This document shows, piece after piece, positions 29,157 to 37,882 of a DNA stretch of 64,000 nucleotides. The stretch covers positions 2,656,001 to 2,720,000 of the forward strand of contig CBDFKD010000002.1 of NCBI GenBank assembly GCA_965248695.1, read 5' to 3'. Positions within the stretch are counted from its first letter, which is position 1. Each line of letters starts with the position of its first letter. The position numbers and the translations under genes were made by a program. This DNA comes from Acidobacteriota bacterium. GTDB taxonomy: Bacteria > Acidobacteriota > UBA890 > WLXD01. Under the pieces are notes generated by a model. It made no database searches. It had not been told where the DNA came from and saw only the letters and a program-made list of their open reading frames with translations.

Positions 29157-32138
29157 ATGATTCGAAGCCGCTGGCAGCCACGACTCGCGATCCTCACCCT
29201 GATCGTCGCCGCCACGGCGCCGGTGGTGGCACAGGACGAGCAGGCGCTAGACGCCGCCTACACCGACGAGATTCACACCCATACGACAGATGCGAAGTTC
29301 CTCACGCCGATCGTCGAGATGCTGCCTGCCTCGAGCACCGTCCCCACACCGCTCGACTTCCACGGCTATATCGCCGGCGCCGAGGGGCACCTGACCTACG
29401 CCGCCGATGTGCACGCTTACATGCGGGCAGTTGCCGACGCCGCACCTCGGGTGCAGGTCTTCTCCATGGGTCAGACCGAGGAAGGCCGCGAGCGCCTTCT
29501 GGTGGTCGCCGGCAGCGACGCGTCGATGGCCAACCTCGACCGCTACCGCGAGATCACCGCGCGCCTTGCGGACCCTCGCGATCTGACCGACGAGGAGGCC
29601 GCCGAGCTCATCGGCCGCGGCAAGGCGATCTACTGGGCAACCGGCGGATTGCACTCGCCGGAAACCGGCTCACCGGAGATGCTCATGGAGCTCATCTACC
29701 GTTTCGCGGCCGATGAGCGACCGATCTTCAACGAGATCCGCGACAACCTGATCTTCATGGCCACCCCGGTGGTCGAGGTGGACGGGCGCGAGCGCATCAT
29801 CGACATCATGCGCTATCGCGCCGCCAACCCCGGAGCGGCGGCGCCGAACCTAGTGTACTGGGGCAAGTACATCGCCCATGACAACAACCGCGACGGCATC
29901 GGGCTGGCGCTCACGCTCTCTAGGCAGTCGATCGACACGTACCTGCAATGGCACCCGCAGGTCATGCACGACCTTCACGAGTCGGTGCCGTTCCTGTACA
30001 TCATGAGCGGCCACGGCCCGTTCAACTCCTGGCTCGACCCGATCACCACCGAGGAGTGGGTGGAGATGGCGTGGAACGAGGTGCGGCAGATGAACGAGTG
30101 GAACGTACCCGGTGTGTGGACGTTCAACTTCTTCGACGGTTGGGCCGCCAACTACATGATCTACGCCGCCATGGGCCGTAACTCGGTGGGTCGCTTCTAC
30201 GAGACCTTCGGCAACAGCGCGCCGGAGACCCAGATGCGCGAGATCGGCAACCAGTCGCAGCGCGCCTGGTACCGCATGAACCCACCCACGCCGAAGGTGC
30301 TGTGGTCGCTGCGCAACAACACCAACCTGATGCAGAGCGCGCTGGTCGTCGGGCTGCACAACGTGGCGACCAACAAGGATCGCTTCCTCGAGACGTTCTA
30401 CCGGAAGGGCAGGCGCGCGGTCGACAAGCCACGTCTCGAAGGCCCCGCTGCGTGGGTCATCCCCTCCGACGGGCCGCGGCCGCTATTGACGCGGCGGCTG
30501 ATCAACCTCCTGCGGGCGCAGACCATCGAGCTTCACGTTGCCACGGAGACGTTCGAGGTCGAGGCATCGCGGCGGCCCGAGGAGAGCGCAGCCACGGAGT
30601 TTTACGCCGGCGACGTGATCGTACGCATGGACCAGCCGTACAGCCGACTGGCGGACATGCTGCTCGACTATCAGTACTACAACCCCAGCGACCCACGTCC
30701 GTACGACGACACCGGCTGGTCGCTCGGACCGCTGTTCAACGTCGATACCTACCGGGTGAAAGATCTGGCCGTGCTCGATGTCGGTATGGCCGCGCTGAAT
30801 GCTACAGGCGCCAGTGGCAGCGTCACCGGCACTGGGTCCACCCTCGTGCTTGCAGCCACCGGCGAGCCCGAGGTCGCGACCTTCCGCTTCCGTCTGGCAG
30901 ACGTGCCGATGCGCTCTGCCGAAGCCGAGCTCACCGTCGACGAGACCACCTTTGCCGCCGGCAGCGTGCTGATCGATGCCAGCGATACCTCGATCCGCCA
31001 GCGGGTAACCGATGTGGCCATCGAGCTAGGGCTGAGCCTCACCGCAATCTCGTCGTCGCCGGACGCGCCCACCCACGACATGCCCCTGCCGCGCATCGCC
31101 CTGGCCCACACCTGGATCAACACCCAGAGCGAGGGCTGGTGGAGATACGCGCTCGACGACGCAAGCGTGCCGTACGACTACATCTCGACGGACACCATCG
31201 GCGAAGTCGACGACCTGCGAGAGCGCTGGGACGTTGTCATCATTGCGCCCGGGTGGGGCAACGTCAGCCGCATCGTGCAGGGTGCTCGCAGCAATCAGCC
31301 GATCCCTTGGCAGACCACCGATCTCACCCCCAACCTCGGGCACATCGACTCCACCGACGACATGACGGCCGGCATCGGCTTCGAGGGTGTGGCCAAGATC
31401 CAACGCTTCGTCGAGGAGGGCGGCGTGTTGATCGCCGCCACCAACTCGATCGGCTTCCTGACACAGACCGGCATCGCTCCCTACGTGCGGGTGGATTCGA
31501 CGCCCTCCGACATGCAGGCACGTGGCGCCTTGTTCAATGCCGAGATCACCGACGCGCTCAGCCCCATCGCCTACGGTTACGACGAGGACACGGCGGTGTA
31601 CTTCAGCAACGCCCCGTTGTTGCGCGTCGACGCTGCCCCTCCGTCCCGCGGATTCGGCGGTGGCGGCGACAGTGGGCGCGCCTCGGGCCGCCGCGGCGAC
31701 GATGTGGTTCCCGGGCACCCGCCCTACGTCGACCCGGATGCCGAAACGGACGACCCGACGGACGGCGAAACAGCGGACGGCGAAACGGCGGACGGCGAAA
31801 CAGCGGATGACGCCGAGGATGACCCCCCCTATTTCGACGACGGACAGGATCTCGACGATCGCACCCGGCTGCTGGCCGGACATCTGGTTCCCTCAGCGGA
31901 CCGGGTCCCCCGCGTGGTGATGCGCTTCCACGACAGCAGCAGCGAGTTATTGCTCTCCGGCATGCTCGGCAACGGTCGTGCCCTGGCGTCGCGACCGGCG
32001 ATCATCGACGTCCCCGTTGGCGACGGTCACGCCGTCCTGTTCGCCATCAACCCGATGTGGCGCAACCAGACGCACGGCCAATACGGGCTCGTGCTGAACA
32101 CGCTGCTACACTTCAAGGCTCTCGACGCCGGCAGATAA
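29157..32138 (+). CDS. M14 family zinc carboxypeptidase-like protein, secreted
   Basis: Signal peptide; LHSPE (HxxE), HDNNRD, HDLHES; C-terminal GATase-like domain. Confidence 0.9.
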   Translation: MIRSRWQPRLAILTLIVAATAPVVAQDEQALDAAYTDEIHTHTTDAKFLTPIVEMLPASSTVPTPLDFHGYIAGAEGHLTYAADVHAYMRAVADAAPRVQVFSMGQTEEGRERLLVVAGSDASMANLDRYREITARLADPRDLTDEEAAELIGRGKAIYWATGGLHSPETGSPEMLMELIYRFAADERPIFNEIRDNLIFMATPVVEVDGRERIIDIMRYRAANPGAAAPNLVYWGKYIAHDNNRDGIGLALTLSRQSIDTYLQWHPQVMHDLHESVPFLYIMSGHGPFNSWLDPITTEEWVEMAWNEVRQMNEWNVPGVWTFNFFDGWAANYMIYAAMGRNSVGRFYETFGNSAPETQMREIGNQSQRAWYRMNPPTPKVLWSLRNNTNLMQSALVVGLHNVATNKDRFLETFYRKGRRAVDKPRLEGPAAWVIPSDGPRPLLTRRLINLLRAQTIELHVATETFEVEASRRPEESAATEFYAGDVIVRMDQPYSRLADMLLDYQYYNPSDPRPYDDTGWSLGPLFNVDTYRVKDLAVLDVGMAALNATGASGSVTGTGSTLVLAATGEPEVATFRFRLADVPMRSAEAELTVDETTFAAGSVLIDASDTSIRQRVTDVAIELGLSLTAISSSPDAPTHDMPLPRIALAHTWINTQSEGWWRYALDDASVPYDYISTDTIGEVDDLRERWDVVIIAPGWGNVSRIVQGARSNQPIPWQTTDLTPNLGHIDSTDDMTAGIGFEGVAKIQRFVEEGGVLIAATNSIGFLTQTGIAPYVRVDSTPSDMQARGALFNAEITDALSPIAYGYDEDTAVYFSNAPLLRVDAAPPSRGFGGGGDSGRASGRRGDDVVPGHPPYVDPDAETDDPTDGETADGETADGETADDAEDDPPYFDDGQDLDDRTRLLAGHLVPSADRVPRVVMRFHDSSSELLLSGMLGNGRALASRPAIIDVPVGDGHAVLFAINPMWRNQTHGQYGLVLNTLLHFKALDAGR
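31761..31805 (+). repeat. 15-bp in-frame tandem repeat, three copies (DGETA)
   Basis: GACGGCGAAAC(A/G)GCG three times in an acidic linker of the M14 gene. Confidence 0.9.
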
Positions 32139-32153
32139 GCGAGGACCGGATCC

Positions 32154-32390
32154 ATGGCACATATCACCGTTTACAGCAGCCCTGGCTGAGCTCCCTGCGT
32201 TCAAGCGAGAGAGTTTCTCTCGCAAAAGGGAGTCGAGTTCGACCACGTCGACATCACCACGCTCGATGATGCGTTCGGCACGCTGCGAGCGATTACCGGC
32301 GGCCAGGTCGCGACACCGACGGTGGTGATCGGCGACGAATTTCGCGTCGGCTTCGATCCCGGCTGGATCGAGGCACGCCTACCGGATTGA
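32154..32390 (+). CDS. Glutaredoxin/NrdH-like selenoprotein, UxxC motif (not in ORF track)
   Basis: MAHITVYSSPG-[TGA 32187-32189]-APCVQAREFLSQKGVEFDHVDI..ATPTVVIGDEFRVGFDP; GAGGA upstream; 78 aa. Confidence 0.9.
32190..32233 (+). promoter_or_regulatory. Bacterial SECIS-like hairpin
   Basis: Directly after the UGA: lower stem GCTCCCT/AGGGAGT, perfect upper stem GCGAGAGA/TCTCTCGC, small G-containing loop (GTT). Confidence 0.78.
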
Positions 32391-32502
32391 CGGGTAACTT
32401 TGGGGGCTTGGCGATCAAATCATCCACAGACGGGTTGCCGCCGCGGCGCTGACCTGGTCCCGGGCTGACCGACCGCGCTTTGATCGATCCAGGAGTACCG
32501 AG

Positions 32503-33336
32503 ATGAGCCGTTGCATCGCTGTTGCCGTGCTCGTTCTCGCCGTGACGGCGGCGACTGGCGCAGGCCAGACCGTTGCCGTCGCCGCGAACGCCACCGACGA
32601 CGACCTGTACGCCCCGTGGGCGCGAGTGCTTGCCGGCTATGTCGACGACGAGGGCCTGGTGGACTACGCCGGCCTCAAGACAACCGGATACGCCGACCTG
32701 GAAGCCTTCATGGCGGCCATCGCCAACGCCGACCCGGCGTCCTTTGCCAGCGACGCCGAGCGCATGGCGTTCTGGATCAACGCCTACAACGCGGTGGTGA
32801 TCTGGCAGGTCGTGGAGCGCTACCCGCTGGAGAGCGTGCGCGACGTCGGCGCTCTATGGGGCCTGATCGGCGGGTTCTTCAAGCAGGAGTATGCCGTCGC
32901 GGGCGGCCAGATGAGCGCCGACAACATCGAGCACGACACGCTGCGGGCGCGGTTCGACGACGAAAGGATTCACTGGGCGCTGGTATGCGCCGCCTTCGGC
33001 TGCCCGCGTCTGGTAAACGAGCCATACCGAGCCGAGACGCTCGACGCGATGCTAGGGCAGCAGTCTCGCGAGTTCTTGCGACAGCCACGCGCTCTGCAAC
33101 TGGACCGCGCCGCCAACACCCTCTATCTGACGAGCTATTTCGACTGGTACGAGGACGACTTCACGGCGGTCGCCGGCGAAGTGGTCGACTACGTTCTGCG
33201 CCACGCGCCGGAGGCAGAGGCGGCCTACATTCGCGACAACCGCGATGCGCTGCGCGTCAGGATCATGGACTACGACTGGACCCTCAACGACCAGCCGCAG
33301 GGACCTAGGAGTCGGCGGCCGGTGCCGCGCAACTGA
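32503..33336 (+). CDS. DUF547 domain protein, exported
   Basis: GLVDYAGL, AFWINAYNA, IEHDTLR, RIHWALVCAAFGCP, FDWYEDDF, YDWTLN. Confidence 0.92.
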   Translation: MSRCIAVAVLVLAVTAATGAGQTVAVAANATDDDLYAPWARVLAGYVDDEGLVDYAGLKTTGYADLEAFMAAIANADPASFASDAERMAFWINAYNAVVIWQVVERYPLESVRDVGALWGLIGGFFKQEYAVAGGQMSADNIEHDTLRARFDDERIHWALVCAAFGCPRLVNEPYRAETLDAMLGQQSREFLRQPRALQLDRAANTLYLTSYFDWYEDDFTAVAGEVVDYVLRHAPEAEAAYIRDNRDALRVRIMDYDWTLNDQPQGPRSRRPVPRN

Positions 33337-34090
33337 GCGCCCAGAGCCTTCGCACGGTCAGGTAGTCCGACGCCATCGCCAGCCGCGCGATTCGCCAGCC
33401 GGTGCGCCCGCCGCGCCAGCCTCCCTGGACGAGGAGCTCGCGCACGAAAGCAGCCAGCGGCACGCCTCCCACCCACCAGAGGGCGTTGAGCCAGCTGACA
33501 CGCCGGCCGGCATCGAACCAGTCCGCCGCGGCGAGGCTCGAATAACGCTCGCGCTTGGATCGGAGCTCGTCGAGATCGGCGTAGGTGTAGTGGTCGAGAT
33601 GACCGGGGAGCGATCCCTGACGTCCATTCGCGGTGAGCACCGGATACTCGTGCACCCGGCGGTCGACGAAGCGCGCCCGCCCGCGGCGAAAGAGCCGCAG
33701 GTGTACGCACTTATACCAGCCGGAAAAGGTCACCGGTTCGCCGAATAGCCAGGTCAGCCGCCGCAGCTGATAGCCATCGAAGGCAGCGTCGTCGGCCTCG
33801 ACCACGGCGCGAATCCCCCGCGCCAGCTCGTCGGTGACCCTCTCGTCGGCGTCCAGGACAAGGATCCAGTCGCATGTTGCCTGCTCGATGGCGAACTGCT
33901 TCTGGCGACCGAAGCGGTCCAGCTCGCGCTCGTAGACCCTGTCGGTGTAGCGGCGAGCGATGTCGCGCGTGGAGTCGGTCGAGCCATCATCGACGATGAC
34001 GATCTCGTCGCACCATGCGGCCGAATCGAGACATTCAGCAAGATTGTCTTCCTCGTTGCGCGTGATGACAACGAGCGAGAGCGTGGCCAT
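33305..34090 (-). CDS. Glycosyltransferase family 2 (WaaE/LgtF-like)
   Basis: ITRNEE, IVDDGSTD, WILVLDADE, RLFRR, VHE, HYTY. Confidence 0.9.
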   Translation of the reverse strand: MATLSLVVITRNEEDNLAECLDSAAWCDEIVIVDDGSTDSTRDIARRYTDRVYERELDRFGRQKQFAIEQATCDWILVLDADERVTDELARGIRAVVEADDAAFDGYQLRRLTWLFGEPVTFSGWYKCVHLRLFRRGRARFVDRRVHEYPVLTANGRQGSLPGHLDHYTYADLDELRSKRERYSSLAAADWFDAGRRVSWLNALWWVGGVPLAAFVRELLVQGGWRGGRTGWRIARLAMASDYLTVRRLWALSCAAPAADS

Positions 34091-34094
34091 GGAG

Positions 34095-34799
34095 TCAATC
34101 CCGGGGGGGCCCACCAGCAGCAGCGGTCAAATGCCGCGGAACAACGATAGCGTGCAGGGTTGGATCCGCCAGCCACGCGCCGTAAATCAGCTCCAGTACC
34201 GGGGCGCGAAACATGCGGCTCGCGAAATCGATGTCATACAGCTTCCCGATCTGCAGCGGAAACAGATCCTTCACGCCCCAGGCCTTGCTCTTCTGCACGC
34301 TGGCAATCGACCAGCCGCGAAACCCGAACCACGAGGCCTCGAAGCGGTTCAACGACACCCGCCTGCGAGCCCGCTTGCTGACCTCGATTGCCCGCACCGC
34401 CTTATCCGCTTCGATCAGCAGCAGCTGCAGCTGATAGTCCTCCCGCAAGCTCACCTTGGCGAAGAACTCGTACCACCGAGCCTCGGCAATCTTCCACGAG
34501 CAAACCACCCGTCCGTCATCGAGCCGTTCCACACCGAACGGCGTCTCGTCGCTTCCCAACCCAAGTAACGCGTTCTGGAGCTCCTCGCCGGGCACCGGCA
34601 CCACGCCCACCACTGGCCCCGGTAACCCGATCCGCGTCATCGCCCACATCAATGGCTGCAGGACCCCGAAGAAAGCCCCGATCATCAACGGCGCCGTAAC
34701 AAACAGCAGACGGGGATCACCCTCGACATACAACACCGTCGCCGCGATCGCAGCGAGGAGTACCAGGACGGACGCAACCAGCAACCGAAGGCCTCTCAC
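34095..34799 (-). CDS. Hypothetical membrane protein
   Basis: Two N-terminal hydrophobic helices then a soluble domain; co-oriented and adjacent to the GT2 gene. Confidence 0.65.
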   Translation of the reverse strand: MRGLRLLVASVLVLLAAIAATVLYVEGDPRLLFVTAPLMIGAFFGVLQPLMWAMTRIGLPGPVVGVVPVPGEELQNALLGLGSDETPFGVERLDDGRVVCSWKIAEARWYEFFAKVSLREDYQLQLLLIEADKAVRAIEVSKRARRRVSLNRFEASWFGFRGWSIASVQKSKAWGVKDLFPLQIGKLYDIDFASRMFRAPVLELIYGAWLADPTLHAIVVPRHLTAAAGGPPRD

Positions 34800-34824
34800 T
34801 CAAGGGACCTGGATGTTCGCCCGA

Positions 34825-35009
34825 CGCGAAAACCGCGAGGTTCGGTTGAGAGGGCTGTCCTGACAGGCGGACGCCGGCCCGAGAGGAGGGAGACCCGCGA
34901 ATCTCAGGGTTGAGTCATCCAGTCGCTCGTCCAACGAACGGGGCTCCCGACCGAGGCGCCGAGCTAGGTATCCGTGGGGCCCGGCCAACCGGACCTCGCG
35001 GTTTTCGCG
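34825..35009. repeat. 185-bp intergenic element bounded by 24-bp inverted repeats
   Basis: CGCGAAAACCGCGAGGTTCGGTTG (34825-34848) and its reverse complement with one mismatch (34986-35009). Confidence 0.75.
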
Positions 35010-35029
35010 CCGGAGCACTAGCTGGGCCC

Positions 35030-36337
35030 CTAAGCGATTCCGTTGGTGACCGCCTGCTCGATTGCGTCACAGAAGCGATCGAGCTCCTCCAAGGTCGTGA
35101 AGACACTCGGAGAGATTCGGAGACCGGTGAACTCGGCGTGGTTGATTGCCACCGAGATGATGCGGTGCTCGTTCCAGAGCCAGGAGTTCAGAGCCGACGT
35201 GTCGATGCCTTCAACGCCGACGTTGGCGATGCCGGCGGCCTTGCCGGGTGTCTGGCTGGTGTTGAGGTAGACGCGATCGGAGAACGCCTGCAGGCGGTTC
35301 GCCCAGTGGTCCCGCAGGTAGACGAGGCGCGCTTCCTTGCGCTTGGCGCCGATGCCCTGGTGGAACGTCAATGCGTCGCCGATGGCGAGGTAGTTGGCCG
35401 CCGGATGGGTGCCGATCTCCTCGAACTTGCGGATGTTCTCGTCTTGCCGCTCGTTGGCCGCCATCAGCGGCCACAGATTCTTGATCTTGTCGCGGCGCAC
35501 GTACAGCAGGCCAGTGCCGTGGGGAGCAAACAGCCACTTGTGGAGGCTGGTGGCGAAATAGTCGCACTCCAGCTCGGCGATGGTGAAGTCGAAGTGGGCC
35601 AGCGAGTGGGCGCCGTCGACGATCACCGGGATGCCGTGTCGGCGGCCCATGTTGGCAACCTTGGCCACCGGCAGGATCTGACCGGTGAGGTTGATCATGT
35701 GGCACATGTGGATGATGCGGGTGCGCGGCGTGATGTTGCTCTCGAAAAGACGCACGATCTCGTCGTCGTCCTCGGCCGGCACCGGGACCGAGATCTGCTT
35801 GAGCACGACCCCCTCGCGCCGCTCGCGCTGCTTGTAGGTGGTGAGCATGCGGCCGTAATCCTGATTCGTGGTCAGGATCTCGTCACCCGCCTCGAGGTCG
35901 ATGCCGAGCTGGCAGATCTGCATCCCCTCGGAGGCGTTGCGCACCAGCGCCAGCTCCTCGGCGTCGGTGTCCCACTCCAGCGCCAACCGCTCGCGCACCT
36001 GTTCGCGCTGCGGCTCGAGGATCTGCCACATGGCGTACGTAGGCGAGGTGTTGGAGTAGTCGAGGTACCGCTTCATCGCATCCTGTACGGGCAGCGGCGA
36101 TGGGCTGACGCCGCCCGAGTTGAGATTGATGATGCCGGCCTCGGCGCTGAATGCCTGGCGCACCTCGTACCAGAAGTACTCGTCGTCGGCGAGCTCTGCG
36201 GCGCTGCCTGGATGGGCGGCGAGTCCTTCCGCCGCGGCCAGCGCGTGGGCATGCCGGGTGGGACTGAGAAAGGCGCCACCGTAGGCTGCTGCGGCCGGCC
36301 AAGAGAGGGCTCCGAGGAAATGACGCCGGTTGACCAT
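35030..36337 (-). CDS. Tat-exported class V PLP enzyme (isopenicillin-N-epimerase-like)
   Basis: Start reassigned to MVNRRHFLG (twin-Arg); NLNSGGVSP, NASEG, DGAHS, SLHKWL. Confidence 0.9.
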   Translation of the reverse strand: MVNRRHFLGALSWPAAAAYGGAFLSPTRHAHALAAAEGLAAHPGSAAELADDEYFWYEVRQAFSAEAGIINLNSGGVSPSPLPVQDAMKRYLDYSNTSPTYAMWQILEPQREQVRERLALEWDTDAEELALVRNASEGMQICQLGIDLEAGDEILTTNQDYGRMLTTYKQRERREGVVLKQISVPVPAEDDDEIVRLFESNITPRTRIIHMCHMINLTGQILPVAKVANMGRRHGIPVIVDGAHSLAHFDFTIAELECDYFATSLHKWLFAPHGTGLLYVRRDKIKNLWPLMAANERQDENIRKFEEIGTHPAANYLAIGDALTFHQGIGAKRKEARLVYLRDHWANRLQAFSDRVYLNTSQTPGKAAGIANVGVEGIDTSALNSWLWNEHRIISVAINHAEFTGLRISPSVFTTLEELDRFCDAIEQAVTNGIA

Positions 36338-36425
36338 CGCACGTACCTCAGTAACGAACATCGATTTCGCGTGGTCGGATTCTACTCTGGAAGCGCCGGC
36401 CAGCCCACTGTCGGGGGCCATCGCC

Positions 36426-37514
36426 TCAGCGGCAGCACTGTTGCGCCGGGTCGTCCGGCGAGGTGAACTCCTCGGACGCGAACAGCAACCGGATCCAGCG
36501 ATCGTCGGCGTTGTCCATGGTCGATTCGAGATCCACCCTGACCACCCGTCCACCGGGCTCCACATAGGCTTGATCGATGCCGAAACCGACATCGAGCTCC
36601 CACGCATGCATGGTGCGCGGCCCGACTTCGACGTCGCTGCTCGATCCGAGCTTGAGCTTCCAGGTATCGAAATAGCGATCGCGGTTGCTGAAGGTGTCGC
36701 GCTCCCGCGTTATCCAGTTGCTGCCCATGACCGACCGGAACGGTGACGCGGGGATCCCGCCGGGCATGAAGAACATGAACTCACGCTCGACCTTCTTGGC
36801 GTCGCCCTCCGGATCAATGTGCTCGAACAGGGCCGGCATGGCGATGCTCAAGAAACCGGGGTTGGCGAACGCCGGATCGGCCTCGATGCATGTGCCGCGC
36901 GAGCTACCGAGACACGCCAGCGACGACGGCATCCAGGCGTACAGGCCGCTCGGCCGGTCGAAGTCCATGTTGCGGTAGCGTGGCACGCTGACCTTGAAGT
37001 CCCAGTCGCGGGTGCCGACTTTGACGTCCTTGCGGAATCATCTGTCGGCCTCGTTGTAGGTGAACACGACGCGGCGCCGACTGTCGGCTGCCATGGACTC
37101 GCCGCGATGCTCGAAGCGCTGTTCGAACTCCACCCGCAACGGAAAGCCATCGAGCGTGACCTGCAGGCGGCCTTCTACGTGCACGCTCATGATTGATTCG
37201 GCGGGCCTCCAGGCACCCGGAATCAGCTCCAGACGATCATGCCCGAAAGTGAAGTCGGCACGCCTGGTGTCGCCGTGTTCCACCAGCCCGTCGAACACGA
37301 TCCACCACTCGGCCGCCTCGCCGGGCGCCAGCGCGTCGAGCGGACCGAGAATATAGCGGCGCTCCTCGCCGGCGCGGAACCCGAAAGCCGAATCGGTGCG
37401 CAGATCCTGCGGCCGCGCCGCACCGACACCGGCGCCGGCAACGAGGAGGGCCAGCGTCAGAGCTGCCGTGACGCTTGACCGCAGCGAACGATGAGGGTCA
37501 TGGCCGGTTTGCAT
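36426..37514 (-). pseudogene. Hypothetical exported protein with one in-frame TGA at 37038-37040
   Basis: ORFs 37038-37613 and 36426-36986 share a frame and join as YNEADR-[TGA]-FRKDVKVGTRDWDF; signal-peptide-like N-terminus. Confidence 0.6.
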
Positions 37515-37611
37515 GACTCGGATACTATCAACGTGACCTAGTGGCCTGTAACGGGGCACTGGTGGCCGGGCACGATTCGTGGCCGGCGTTGGTATGGAAC
37601 CCGACGCGCCC

Positions 37612-37824
37612 ATGGATCCTCTCGCCGATTGCTGCCAGCAGGAAGCTCAGCGCAGCCTCGCCAAGCACCGCCAGGTGGCCCGCTGCGATGGGTGCGACAG
37701 CTTGCTGCTGTCGTACTCCGACCGCGGCCACTACGATCGCACTATTGCGGAGCTCACCGGCAACGAGGTGCCATTCCAGGTCGGATCGCGCGGCAAGCTC
37801 CTAGTCATCGCCTACCGGCGTTGA
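37612..37824 (+). CDS. Small Cys-rich hypothetical protein
   Basis: MDPLADCC..ARCDGCDSLLLSY; protein-like composition; start uncertain (37594 or 37612). Confidence 0.6.
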   Translation: MDPLADCCQQEAQRSLAKHRQVARCDGCDSLLLSYSDRGHYDRTIAELTGNEVPFQVGSRGKLLVIAYRR

Positions 37825-37882
37825 CGCGACCCGGACGCTGCGTGTTGGGCGGTGTGCCAGGGGCCCCATCGGGGCGCGCGCC

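Noticed and set aside
35030-36337. Class V PLP enzyme as a selenocysteine lyase linked to the selenoproteins
   Set aside because: It has a Tat signal and lacks an evident catalytic Cys loop; it fits the common exported isopenicillin-N-epimerase-like group.
20089-37514. Genome-wide reassignment of TGA to Trp or Gly
   Set aside because: Many genes here end normally at TGA (e.g. 11374, 20562, 32390, 52511), and two of the three internal TGAs align with catalytic Cys positions.
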